64,000 nucleotides of DNA from Guillardia theta CCMP2712 (taxonomy: Eukaryota > Protista > Cryptophyta). The stretch is from positions 541,741-605,740 of the forward strand of contig NW_005434656.1 in NCBI RefSeq assembly GCF_000315625.1. The letters run 5' to 3'. Numbering within the stretch: position 1 is the first letter of the stretch; the number at the start of each line of letters is the position of its first letter. This document shows positions 26,260 to 37,400 of the stretch, piece after piece. Both the position numbers and the translations under genes were made by a program. The notes under the pieces were generated by a model, which saw only the letters and a list, made by a program, of their open reading frames with translations, searched no databases and was not told the origin of the DNA.

Positions 26260-27434
26260 CTAGCGCAGGCGCAGCCCCTTGCATCTCAACCCTGAGGCCC
26301 TCCAGCTCGTCCAGCCTCTGCCGCATCCCCTTCGATAGCATCTGAATTTACACCCCACCACACAGAAAGAGTTTAGCAGCACAAAAGCCGCCCCTCCTTC
26401 GCTTCCCCAATGCTGTTCCACACCCTTCAACCACAAGCTCTCCCGCAGCTCATCTCGAAGGATCGTAATATTCCTTCCCTCCTCTTCCAGGATCCCCAGG
26501 ATATCCTTCAGGTCCCTCAGGCCCCTTCTGCCCCTTTGGCCCGGTCCTGCTTATTTATCAGCGACGAATACAAGTCGTATGGGAGGGCAGAGGAGAAGAA
26601 CAAGAGGCGCAGGCAACATGAGGAGCGCGGACAGGCATCAAAACATGTGCATGCAATCAGTGAGTACGGGCAGGTAGTTCAGATTGCTGCTTACATTCCA
26701 GGTGCTCCTGGTGTGCCGTCCAACCCTGGAAGCCCTTGATCGCCCTCGATACCAGGAGGACCTGGAAGAGGCTTGAGGATGTTCAGCCTGTTGCTGATGA
26801 CGGCCTTCTCTGTGTCTAGAGCCTTGACTTGCTCGTCGACATGCTCCTGATGAATCTCCCTCAGCTCCTCCATCGTCCTCTCCTCCTCGTCCAGCAGCAG
26901 CTTTGACATCTCGTTTGACTCCTTCACCTTCTGGATGAGGTGGTTCATCCTCCTGAGCTGATCCAGCAGCTTCTCCGGCACCTTCCGCACCACAGGAGCC
27001 CCCCATCTCACAACCGACGACCCGCTCGATGGAGGCTCCCCGTCGGGCCCCTCTTCACCCGGAGGAGGATTCGACAGTACCTCAGGAAGGTCGACCCATA
27101 CAGGAGTCGGTTGCTGGGTGGTGCTCCAGTACTGCAGATCGCTCCTCTCTGGCTGGTTGTTGAGTGGTGGGATATCAAACTTCCGAGGAGTCTCGACCAT
27201 GGGCGGCGCCTCCTCTGTTTCCCTTGACGTGTGCCAGATATCTTCATGGTCCCTCAGGCGGTTCCATGCCTCGTTGGCTCCCATCGCCGCCCTTTCGATG
27301 CTACGCGCCATGAGCATCTGCCTGACGTTGTTTCCCGCCTCTTCTCTCTCTTCTTGCATCACCATCACCCACATCACCAGCGCCATGACCACCGCCATGG
27401 GCACCGCCACCATGGCCGCCCACCGTCCGGCCAT
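26260..27434 (-). CDS. Type II membrane-anchored or secreted protein with a coiled coil and a short collagen-like (Gly-X-Y) segment; 3' end approximate
   Basis: N-terminal hydrophobic AAMVAVPMAVVMALVMWVMVM, coiled coil LLDQLRRMNHLIQKVKE..., then GPPGIEGDQGLPGLDGTPGAPG and a later exon GPKGQKGPEGPEGYPGDPGR. Confidence 0.7.
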
Positions 27435-27792
27435 GGCGACCCTTCGATGACCGTTACGAATACGTTGAAAACGTTTCATGGGAAGGTGAATGAGGGTGAT
27501 GAATTATCCTCCCATTTGAGTATGAGGGAGATGAATAGTACCGGCAAATGCGGCAGAGGGGAAGGAGGAGGAGAGAAAGACAAGGAGGAAGAGGGAGGGG
27601 TGGGGTGGGGAGGAGGGTAAGAGGAGATTGTCAATGGAGAGAGGAAGAGATTCATGTATGAAAGTTGGTGTTTGTATGATGAAGGCGCTGAATGCGCGTG
27701 TTGAGCTGCTTGCCGAATGCGTTTTTTGAGAGCTGGTCTACTCTTGTTGGGTGGTTGAGATGATTCGGATTGATGTGGTTCCGTAGGACATC

Positions 27793-28860
27793 ATGCGGCA
27801 GAAAAAAGTCTTGACGTCTGGGACGAGCGCTGCCAGCCCTGGGAATGGCGAGGACAAGGAAGAAGAACTTCACGGCAGGATGCCGACCCCCCCGGCCGAT
27901 GTAGAACGAGCGGACGACGGTGAAGGGAAATTCGGGGCGAAGAGGAGGAAGAAGACAGAGGGCGGTGAACACTCTTGCGAGATCTGCGGAAAATCCTTCA
28001 AGACCAACTTCTATCTGAAGATGCACCTCTCGGTGCACGATGGGAACTCGCCGTTCAAGTGCGACATCTGTGGTAAGATGTGCACCTCCAAGGATGCGCT
28101 GGAAGCGCATCTCCGAACGCACACGGGGGAGAGGCCGTTCTCCTGCTCCCACTGTGGGAAGAGATTCGTGCAGAGGTCAGCGCTCAAGAGCCACTCCTAC
28201 ATCCACACAGGGGAGAAGAAGTATCCCTGCGATGTGTGCGGGAAGAAGTTTGTGGAATCTTCGCAGCTCAAGGTCCACATGAGGACGCATACAGGAGAGA
28301 AGCCCTTCTCTTGCAACATCTGCCAGCACAGCTTCACCACCCTGGCGAACATGCGCTGCCACCAGGTGCGGAAACATCCAGAGCAGCTGCAGGAAGGCGT
28401 GCGGAGCGAGCTGGAGAATCGGTTCGAGCGGAGGGTGCCCCCGTGCAAGGTCTGCGGCAAGCTGTTCAAGCATCACTCGAACCTGAGGAGACACGAGCGC
28501 TACCATGCAGGAGAGCGAAACCTCAACTGTAGCCTGTGCGGGAAGAAGTTCTACGACAAGTTCAACCTCACGAGGCACATGCGCGTGCACACGGGCGAGA
28601 GACCATATGAGTGCGAGGACTGCGACGCGACTTTCACAGACGAGACCAGCAAGAAGCGGCACGCGAGCAAGTGCGTCAAGCGTCAGGAGAAGGAGGGGAA
28701 GGAGGGGAAGGAAGAGGAGAAGCTGGAAGAAACCGCAGAGGAGAGCAAGGAGAACACGTCCAAGGAACAGGAACAGGGGCGAGCGATCAACAGCGAAGGC
28801 GCTTCAGGGAAGAAGGCGGAGGACTATGGGGAGCAGGTGTCGGTGCCGACTTTGTCTTGA
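27793..28860 (+). CDS. Kruppel-type C2H2 zinc-finger protein (7 C2H2 + 1 C2HC fingers), single exon
   Basis: Repeated CxxC...HxxxH with HTGERPF/HTGEKPF/HTGERPY linkers and an NLS-like KRRKK. Confidence 0.95.
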   Translation: MRQKKVLTSGTSAASPGNGEDKEEELHGRMPTPPADVERADDGEGKFGAKRRKKTEGGEHSCEICGKSFKTNFYLKMHLSVHDGNSPFKCDICGKMCTSKDALEAHLRTHTGERPFSCSHCGKRFVQRSALKSHSYIHTGEKKYPCDVCGKKFVESSQLKVHMRTHTGEKPFSCNICQHSFTTLANMRCHQVRKHPEQLQEGVRSELENRFERRVPPCKVCGKLFKHHSNLRRHERYHAGERNLNCSLCGKKFYDKFNLTRHMRVHTGERPYECEDCDATFTDETSKKRHASKCVKRQEKEGKEGKEEEKLEETAEESKENTSKEQEQGRAINSEGASGKKAEDYGEQVSVPTLS

Positions 28861-29149
28861 AGGATCGCTCTAAGTTACGATGAGGAGAGGAACCCTCCGA
28901 CATCGCAGTTTGACTGTTGCCGGTAACCTACCAGCTCAACTCGCTGTCTATCGAGCCACCGCTTCCTACCTGCAACAAGTGTTTGACTGACTGACACTCT
29001 CAGCACGAGACACGCAGCTGACCTGTCATGAGCATGATGGTAGGAAGTGAGAGTAGGAGAATAGGAGCGACCTCGTGAACGAAAATTTTAATAATGTTAC
29101 ATCGATAATTAATCTTCTCCTCCCCAGTCTCAGTCCACTCCAAAGTTGT

Positions 29150-32061
29150 TCACTGTACGATTCGGATGATAGTCGTTGGTGCCGTTCCAGACGGATCCTG
29201 CGCTCCTTGCCATGCGACTGGCCTCAGCCTCGATCCACCGCCAGTGAGCCTGCAGACAGCGCTTAATCGGCCAGACAGTAAGACGAGACATGTCACGTGC
29301 AGACCTTGCGTGAAGTGATCTCCTCGGGAGGATAGTGGATGACGAAGACTTGAGGGGGGCGCGTGTCCCATGAGAGCTTCTTCTTCGCTCTCCCTCGGTT
29401 CATCCTTCTTGCCTGCCCAGCAAAGGGCTCTTGAGCAATCCTCGCGTCTTCGCGGCTCAGGTCAGACATGGACTGGATGCCCCTGGAAAGCTCCTTCATT
29501 AGCGGGTCCTCCATCTGGTTCGACAGCATCGCCAGGCGCTGGGCGTTTTCGTATCCTGCCACTCGGATGATTACCGATGAGCAGAAGACCCTCTCTCACC
29601 GTTAAGGAGAACTTCGTAGTGTTCGCCCTGCTTGCCTTCGAGCTCCTGCATGCTGTCAGCTCACAGAGGGAGCAGGGACGCGGGCAACCAGGGCCTTGGA
29701 GTAAGAGCGAGTTGCTTCATCGTAGTTGCTGAGACCCATAAACGCAATCGCCTGCAAGGAACTCAACCAGCCGACCACGGACGAGAGCGACGAGCCTGTC
29801 GGTGTCTTCCTTTCGCCCAGTTGGGCCTCAGCTCGATACAACGGTCCGCATCCTGGTGATGACTCATCAGGTTTCACGGCGAACAAGACGTGGGCAACCT
29901 TGAGAGCAAGGTCGAAAAGGTTGAGCTGAGCGTAAGTCGCACTCCTGTTGGACAGCAACAGAGCCAGAACATGCGGATCTGACTCGTTCTCTAGTGCCTC
30001 GGTGAAGAAAGCGACTGCAAGGGAGAACTCCTTCCTTCGGAACGCTTCATTGCCCTGCCTCATGGTGTCAGACTTTCCCACTTCTCCCAACTTATCACCT
30101 TCATCTTGGCGTCCGAGCTAGACTTGGAGGACGTCGTGTGCACTTCCTCAATCTTTCCCTGAGCTCAGCCCGAGCTGCAGAAGGCAAGGGGAATCACCTT
30201 GGGCGCAGCGTTGCGCACGTTGTGGGACGCCTCTTGTTTCTCGCTGGTCTGAGAGGATGCTGCGGCCATTAGGTAACCATGAAGTCTTCTAGAATCAATT
30301 CACACCTTTCGGATGCACTTTGGTGTCTCTTGAGGGTCCAACACACACCCGGAACAGCGAGATCTGTAGAAGGGCGTTTTCGGGATCAAGCTCCAAGCCT
30401 TTCTCATAGGCTGCCTCCGCTAGACCCATTTCGCCTTTGCCTTCATACCTGCGAGCTCACTTAGGGTTTGACATCCACCCGAGTGCTCGCACGCGACTCC
30501 CTGACGGCAGTATCCCTTCGCCCAGCTCGGCTGCAACCGAACGCACTCGTTGCTGTCTTTGATCGCCTGCATGCAGGTCAACTGAACAGTCACGAGGATG
30601 CGGGCCAACCTGGTCCCACATCCTCAAGCTTGCATAGGCTGCGCTTCGATTGCTGCAATGGTTCAGTGAGAGAGAACATTGAAGCCGGAAGACCTGAAGA
30701 GAATATGATTTTGAGGGTCAAGGACCATGGCATGGCTGTAATGCTCTATTGCTGCTTTGAAGTCTCCTAGCTCGAAGGCTTTGTTTCCCTTGGCCTGCTC
30801 CGATGATGGGGATTTGGTAGAAGAAGACGATGAAGATGAAGTTGACGAGCGCTCATTACGAGAAGATGGGCTTGTAAGAGTCACATTCTCGGGAACTCCT
30901 TTTCCTTGAGCAGAGTATCCTCGACTCTCACGTTGCAATGGTGTATTTTGATTGTCATCATGGGATGTGAAGTTGAGACGGGGATCCTGCTTTGAACTGA
31001 TTTCGTCATACGTGTTTGCCCTTCCGTCCTTGTCTGATGTTCGATTGCCTAAGACAGTGTGAGGAGGCCTAGCGTAGAATTTCGGCCTACCTCTTGCTTT
31101 GGATTTCTCTTGATCCAAACTATCGATCCTGCCTGTCGGAGGATAGTCACAAATCTATCGCGAAAGGCGAAACATACCTTGAATTGTTATCTTGTCCGAA
31201 TCCAAGGGCAATGCAGCTTGATAGGCTTCTATCTGAATCGTGTACGTCTTAAATTGATAAATGATATCATGTTTCAGTTACCGCCTGGTCCAATAACCCT
31301 TGTCCTGCAAGCGCTGCAGCCTTTCTGCAGTATCCTTTCGACCATTTCGGCGCCAACTTAATCACTCTATCCGCATCTCTCAGCGCCTGCCAACACGCTG
31401 TCAACAACACCGGAGATACTTACTTGGTCGATGAGATGGGTTTGCAGACCTTGTCATATTGCAACATATGGCAGAAGCAAGCTGAGCGATTTGAAAGCAG
31501 TTTAAACCTTCCAAGAAGTCACCTTAGTGGAGGAATGGGTGAGAATGTGACATACAAGTCGCCATGGGAGGGATTCAGATCAATCGCGATGGTGTAATGC
31601 TGGATAGCCTCTTCGAACGCTCCTTCTTTGAATGCCGCATTTCCCATCGCCTTGGCCATCTGAACCTGTGTCTCCGTGAGCCCCTGCTCGAACTTCTCAT
31701 TTCCTGGCACGAGCTCCAGAGCCTTGGTGAAAGCCTGCATGAGTAGGTCACTGGCAAGAAAGGATCGGAGAGTAAATCCTATCACTTGTTCCGCAACTTC
31801 AAACTCCTCCATAGCGAGTGCAGCCTTCGCTAACCGATAGTGACCTTGAGACCACTCGGGCTTCAGGTTGATGATCTGTTCAGCCTCCATCCTAGCTTCA
31901 TCGTATCTCTTTGCAGAGTGCAACGCATCACATTTCGAGCTCAGCAGGCGGATTATCTCTGTCAAGTCTTTGGTAGTTCTGAGGGCTTCAGTGTATGACG
32001 CTGCTGCTGCATCAAACTTTCCCATCTGCATGAAACGATCGCCTTGCGAGCTTCGGTCCAT
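29150..32061 (-). CDS. Multi-TPR protein (about four STI1/HOP-type TPR modules); 3' end approximate
   Basis: KAMGNAAFKEGAFEEAIQHYTIAIDLNP, AKGNKAFELGDFKAAIEHYSHAMVLDP, RQGNEAFRRKEFSLAVAFFTEALE...LLSNRSATY, LKPEWSQGHYRLA, LQPSWAKGYCRQG. Confidence 0.85.
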
Positions 32062-34483
32062 CTTGATGTTTGCTATAGTCTTGTGCAAACTTCGTCAATC
32101 TTGAAAGGCCTCGAAAGGGATCATCAATGTGTTGGTCCAGAAACTGCTGGATAAAATCAGATGAGAATAAGCTAATTGTCGATGCAATGATAGTTTGAGT
32201 TTACAGCTTCGATCATCTTATCGAGGAATCTAATCTGTCAAAACGTAGAAGATATAGATAATTCTACCCTCTCATCCATCCGCACTGACAGTCTGATGCT
32301 GGAAAGCCAAACAGCTTCTGATCGCCTTGCATTACATTGTGCTTGTTTTCAACTTTGGGAGTCGGGAGAAAAAGAGGACTCTCAAGGTCCTCTTTTTCTC
32401 CTTGCATTATGCTCTTCTTCTCCTCCTATAAATCCCAAAGCCCTATGTGTTCCTCCCTTTTGCATAACTCCCTCTCTTTCTGTTCATGATGTTTACCCTT
32501 CATCCTCGCCATTTTCGATCATTCCTCTTTCGTAGCATTTTCAAAGTCTTCTTATTCACCCTGTGAAGGCTTCTTACCATCTAGTGTTTCCTTCCTCATC
32601 TAGTCTTCCTGTTCCTCTTCCTGTTCCTCTTCCTCGCTCCTAGTTGCTCCGCTTCACCTCCGCCGCAGCTGATCACTGAAATTGCATGATCTCAATTTCA
32701 ACGTTCACATGACCCCACCCTTTACAGAAAGTACCCCACCCACCTCGACACCAGTGTCTACACTGATATGAAAACCACCCCACCCTCTTAGACAGAAAAC
32801 CTTGTTACCACCTACCCCCTTCTATTCAGACAAGTTCGCCCACCCTTTGTTGTATCGGTCAAATAGAAGAAAAAAAGAAAAGGGTAAGGTAGGAGGGGTG
32901 GGTTGTGGGGTAAAAACGGAGGGACGTGTGGTTGACCGGTGAATCAAGAGGGTGGGGTGGTGGCCAGGGGGGGGGTTCAGCTAATGGGTCAGGCTCCGGT
33001 GGGGTACTTGTGATGGAAAGGTGAGTGCGCGGGATCGAAAGTTTGTGGCATGAGGCCGAAGCGAAAGATGGAAAATGGCGCGACGAGAAGTTTGAGAGAG
33101 AAGGAATGCGAGCACCAAGACAAGAGACAAGACGAGCCGATCATTGAAGAAAGGGAGAGAGAGAAAAAATGTCGTCTGCCAAATCCGACCTTTCCTATGA
33201 CAAGGCGCGGCACCACAAAGCTTCAACTTAGGATAGGACGTTTGCAAAGCTTCTGCGAGATGATGAATTCCTCTCAGGCTGAATGTAAGGAACTTCAAAC
33301 GTTCACATTTTGATGCGTAATCAATGTTCAGGCCTCCTTCGCTCATCAAGCTGCGTAGATCGGTAGGTTTGCGATGATTGGCTGCGAAGTTTGCAATCAT
33401 GCGTGTTCACCCTCAGTTATACACTGGCTGGAGCTTTTTTGTTATTGGAGGATTCGAGCCTTGAAATCAATTTCACAAACTTTGTTGCTTCCGTTTTGTG
33501 AGATTTGTGAGACGGAAATTTAAGCCTTTGATGCAGTTTTTGTCAGGATCACTCTCAAACAGGATGACGATTTTATGGCTAATCCGAACGCAGAGATAAC
33601 CATCTGCAGCATATTTTCGATGTTGACGATGAAGCCTCATGTGGTTCCAGACTTTCATCAACTAGAAAATGAGCAGTTTTTTAATGGATGGCAAAGCTTT
33701 ATTCAATTTTCATCATGCCCAAGATCAAAAATATACCAGGTAGAAGCGGAAATCCTGAGACTTGTCAAATGGAAGTGTTGCTATCAGTGAGTATGCGGAA
33801 GGCAAACGTTTCTGTCTGACGGATGCTACAGGTGGGAAGCGCGAGAAGAAATCATTGCATGTTTTGAAAGATTTGGAGACGTCGGTGCAGCCCTGGCTTC
33901 CAGATCCAGATGCCCGAAGATTGACTGGAATGATGCTATGCGTTTCGATCCGAGCCAGGACTCTACTGTTGAGGACCTAGATTATTTCTTCAATGGCTTG
34001 TTTCTTTTCCAACACGAGCGATTGAATTTTGAAGAAGTGTCGACCCCGAATACCTCTGCAGAATCAACTACAATGGATTCGGAGGACTCGGAGTGATTCA
34101 GAGTTGGTCTGTTTTTTTTCAAGGTCTGATGAGCATTAAATACGAAAACAGTGAAGTCGTTCACTTACATTTGTTGAATCTCTTGCAATCTTGCTGACGC
34201 GTTTTGCCGTTCCTAATCCCTAGATCCAAATTTAAAGGGAAGAGAAAATGCGGACAGAGGATGAAGGGCATTGTATAATTGAGGGGGGGCAAAGACAGAT
34301 GAGAAGGAATGGAAGAACGCGAGATTGAAATGTCTTCATCATGAATGTTGAAGATAAGAATGAATGAAGTGAAGGAAAAGAAGAGCAACATGAGAAGATT
34401 TCAACAGAAGGACAGCAGGTATAACAACACAAGAGTCCTGATGACTTTTGACTTGTCTCTGATGTTTCAAACAACATTCACAT

Positions 34484-37400
34484 CTATTCACATCGTAGGT
34501 TTCGAAATGCTACATACAGCTTGTGTCCTTCTACAGTGCGCTTGTCCATGAACTCTCTCGTTATCATCTGCAGCTCACAGATATGCCCTGCTACCCCCAG
34601 CTCCCTCGTCCTCTCCGTCACCACCCGCACGTTCATCACTACGTCCCGGTACCCTCCCGTCGTCCTCGAGTTGTAGCTCGGGTCCAGCCTGTTCTTGATC
34701 CGCATCACTACCAGCTCAGGGTCTTCGAGGATGCGGTCGAGGCAGTCGCAGAGGTCCTGGAGGCGCTCGAAGACGATACACTGCCGCACCACGTCAAGCA
34801 GCCTGGGCACTTCACTGTTGTAGGAGCGAACAAGCTTCTGTATCGATCGTTCCAAGGTCTTGACATGCGCCCATCGGACCCTCTGCTTGAGATTCTCGTC
34901 TCCCATGGCGTCCTCCCATGCGACATACTCCACCGGGTCACTCCCCTCCTGGGAGTTGGAAGGGAAGAGACCGCGGGAGGTCGCAGCGAGGTCTTGAACT
35001 TTCTTGAGGAAGATCGGGTGTATGAAGACTGCCTGCATGTAGAGCTGGTCGAGCGACGTGACTCGAGGCTCCTCGCTCTCCTGCCACATGGTCTTACTGG
35101 GAACGATGTTGGAGAACGAGTGTTCATGGCTGCCCTTCATGACCCAGTCTAGGAGATCCGAGGTCGCTCGGGGAGAGTCGGCGGAGTCGTTGAGCCTTCG
35201 CTGAGCGATGCTCTCAGTCGAATGAAGCTTTGATGCGTTCTTGATGCGATCCAACAATCGCTGAGTGTCTTCGGAGGCAGAGAGCTTGGACCAGAGCTCG
35301 TCGTACTGCTGCCTCTCAGCCTTGATGTTGCGAGAGGCATGGAGGAGGTGCACCCTGCGCCCGATGATGAAGTAGAGCCACACGGTCATGAGGATGAAGT
35401 TGGAGTAGCCCATGTCGATCACCGTCACTGAGCTCTGAAAGAAGTTTGTCAGAGCGGCAGACCCTCCGACGGAGGTGAGGAACGAGTAGATGGGCAGAAG
35501 TCTCATCATGTACTGCTCTGCCAGCTGGATCACAAGCCCGAAGGACGAGTCGGAGATCGCCCAGATGAGCTGGTAGATGAGCCTCTGCACCGTTTTCGCC
35601 TTGGCGGCTGCCAGATAGAACTCCCAGGCTCCGACGACGTGGAACAAGGACGCGAAGAAGAACTTGGAGGTCTTGTAATGGCCGAGACGGGAGGCCAAGA
35701 CCGAGGAGAAGCAAGCAAAGGGCTGGTAGAAGGCAAAGAAGTGATAGAAGTACCTGTCCATTCTGACCTCGACGTTGAAGCTGATGCGAGCTCCCGTACT
35801 CTGCTTCCCCTGGTCGCAGATGCTCTCGCTCGGAGTCGCCTCGCAAGAGAAGTCTGTCCACTTCTTCCATCTCTCTGCTGGTAGCGCAACACCTCCGCTT
35901 GCCGGCTGGTCGAGGACGAAGAGATGAAACGCGACAGGGTCGAGTCCTTTCCCCTGCGTCTGACGGCTGAGGGAGGAGCGCCACCCATTGGCCTCCACTG
36001 GGGGAGAGAAGAAGAAGTAGAGAGAGTCGTTGAGAGCCTTGGAGGAGGAGGGGCTAAGCTCTGCACAGCTGTTCAGCACGAGGGTGAAGTTGGAGACGGA
36101 AGCTTGGGGCACGGAGGTACGCGGGACTTGATCTCGGTATTGGAGAATCTCAAGCCTTGCAACGTGAACAACAGAAGAGTTGTTGCTCATAATGGGGCGC
36201 ATGTTGTGTGTCGAGCTGTACATGTAGGTCAGCAGGATTCCCGTGAAGATCAGCGCGAGTCGGAAGGTTGTTTTGTGGAGAGCGTTGGTGACTGGGCTGG
36301 AGGAGAAGATCACGCTCGATGTCATTGAAGTTTGTATCCCCGTCACAACACTCCGCAGCTTCTCGTCCATGATGCCTCCTGGGTACCTCCCTCTCAGCTT
36401 CAGCGTCCAGTCAAGGAAGCAGCCATCTTGCTGCTGACCCTCTTCTTGCACGTCTGACCCCATCAGCTTGTCCTTCTCGAGGAGTCGGGCGGAAACTCTG
36501 TCTATGCTCTCTTGGATCGAGGACACACTCGTCTTCATCACCAGCTCCGCCTTCGACCTCCTGCTCGTCAACCTCTGCCACACACCCTGATCCCTCAGCA
36601 TGTGCTTCAACTTCCGGTACCGCAGCCGGCGCTCTGGAGTGCAGAGCCTGTGCAATCCGACAATGCTGAGCCGAAGTTCACAGATATGCCCTGCTACCCC
36701 CAGCTCCCTCGTCCTCTCCGTCACCACCCGCACGTTCATCACTACGTCCCGGTACCCTCCCGTCGTCCTCGAGTTGTAGCTCGGGTCCAGCCTGTTCTTG
36801 ATCCGCATCACTACCAGCTCAGGGTCTTCGAGGATGCGGTCGAGGCAGTCGCAGAGGTCCTGGAGGCGCTCGAAGACGATACACTGCCGCACCACGTCAA
36901 GCAGCCTTGAAGTGTCTCCTTGGCACAGGGAAAGGATCTTTTCGATCGCTCGGCTCGCAGTCTTCAGTCCTGCACTCTCGAGCTGCTTCCTTGCTCTCGC
37001 GTCCTCCTGCGCTTCCTGCAACCGCACATACTCCATGCCGCCGTCTGCAGCGACAGGCAGCGCCAGCATCCCGTTGGCGCCTTCAGCCAGCTTGTGGGCC
37101 TTACGTCGGAAGCACGGCTCAACAAGCACCGCTATGGCGTACAACTGATCGAGACTGCCAACTACTCCCAGGGCTGATCGCTGCTGAATGCTTTGAGCTC
37201 CGTTCTCATGGGACAGACCCGCAACAAGCTTGTAAACTCGTTGGGTGCGGCAGGAGCAGGAGACATTGACTACCTCCTGCGCGTCCTCCCCAACCTCCTC
37301 AACATGGGCTGAAACGGCAGCCTCGTGCTCCCTCACGCGATCTTGGAGGAGCCGAAGAGTCTCCGGGTCCCGGCTCATGATCGCTTCCCACTCCCTGGTG

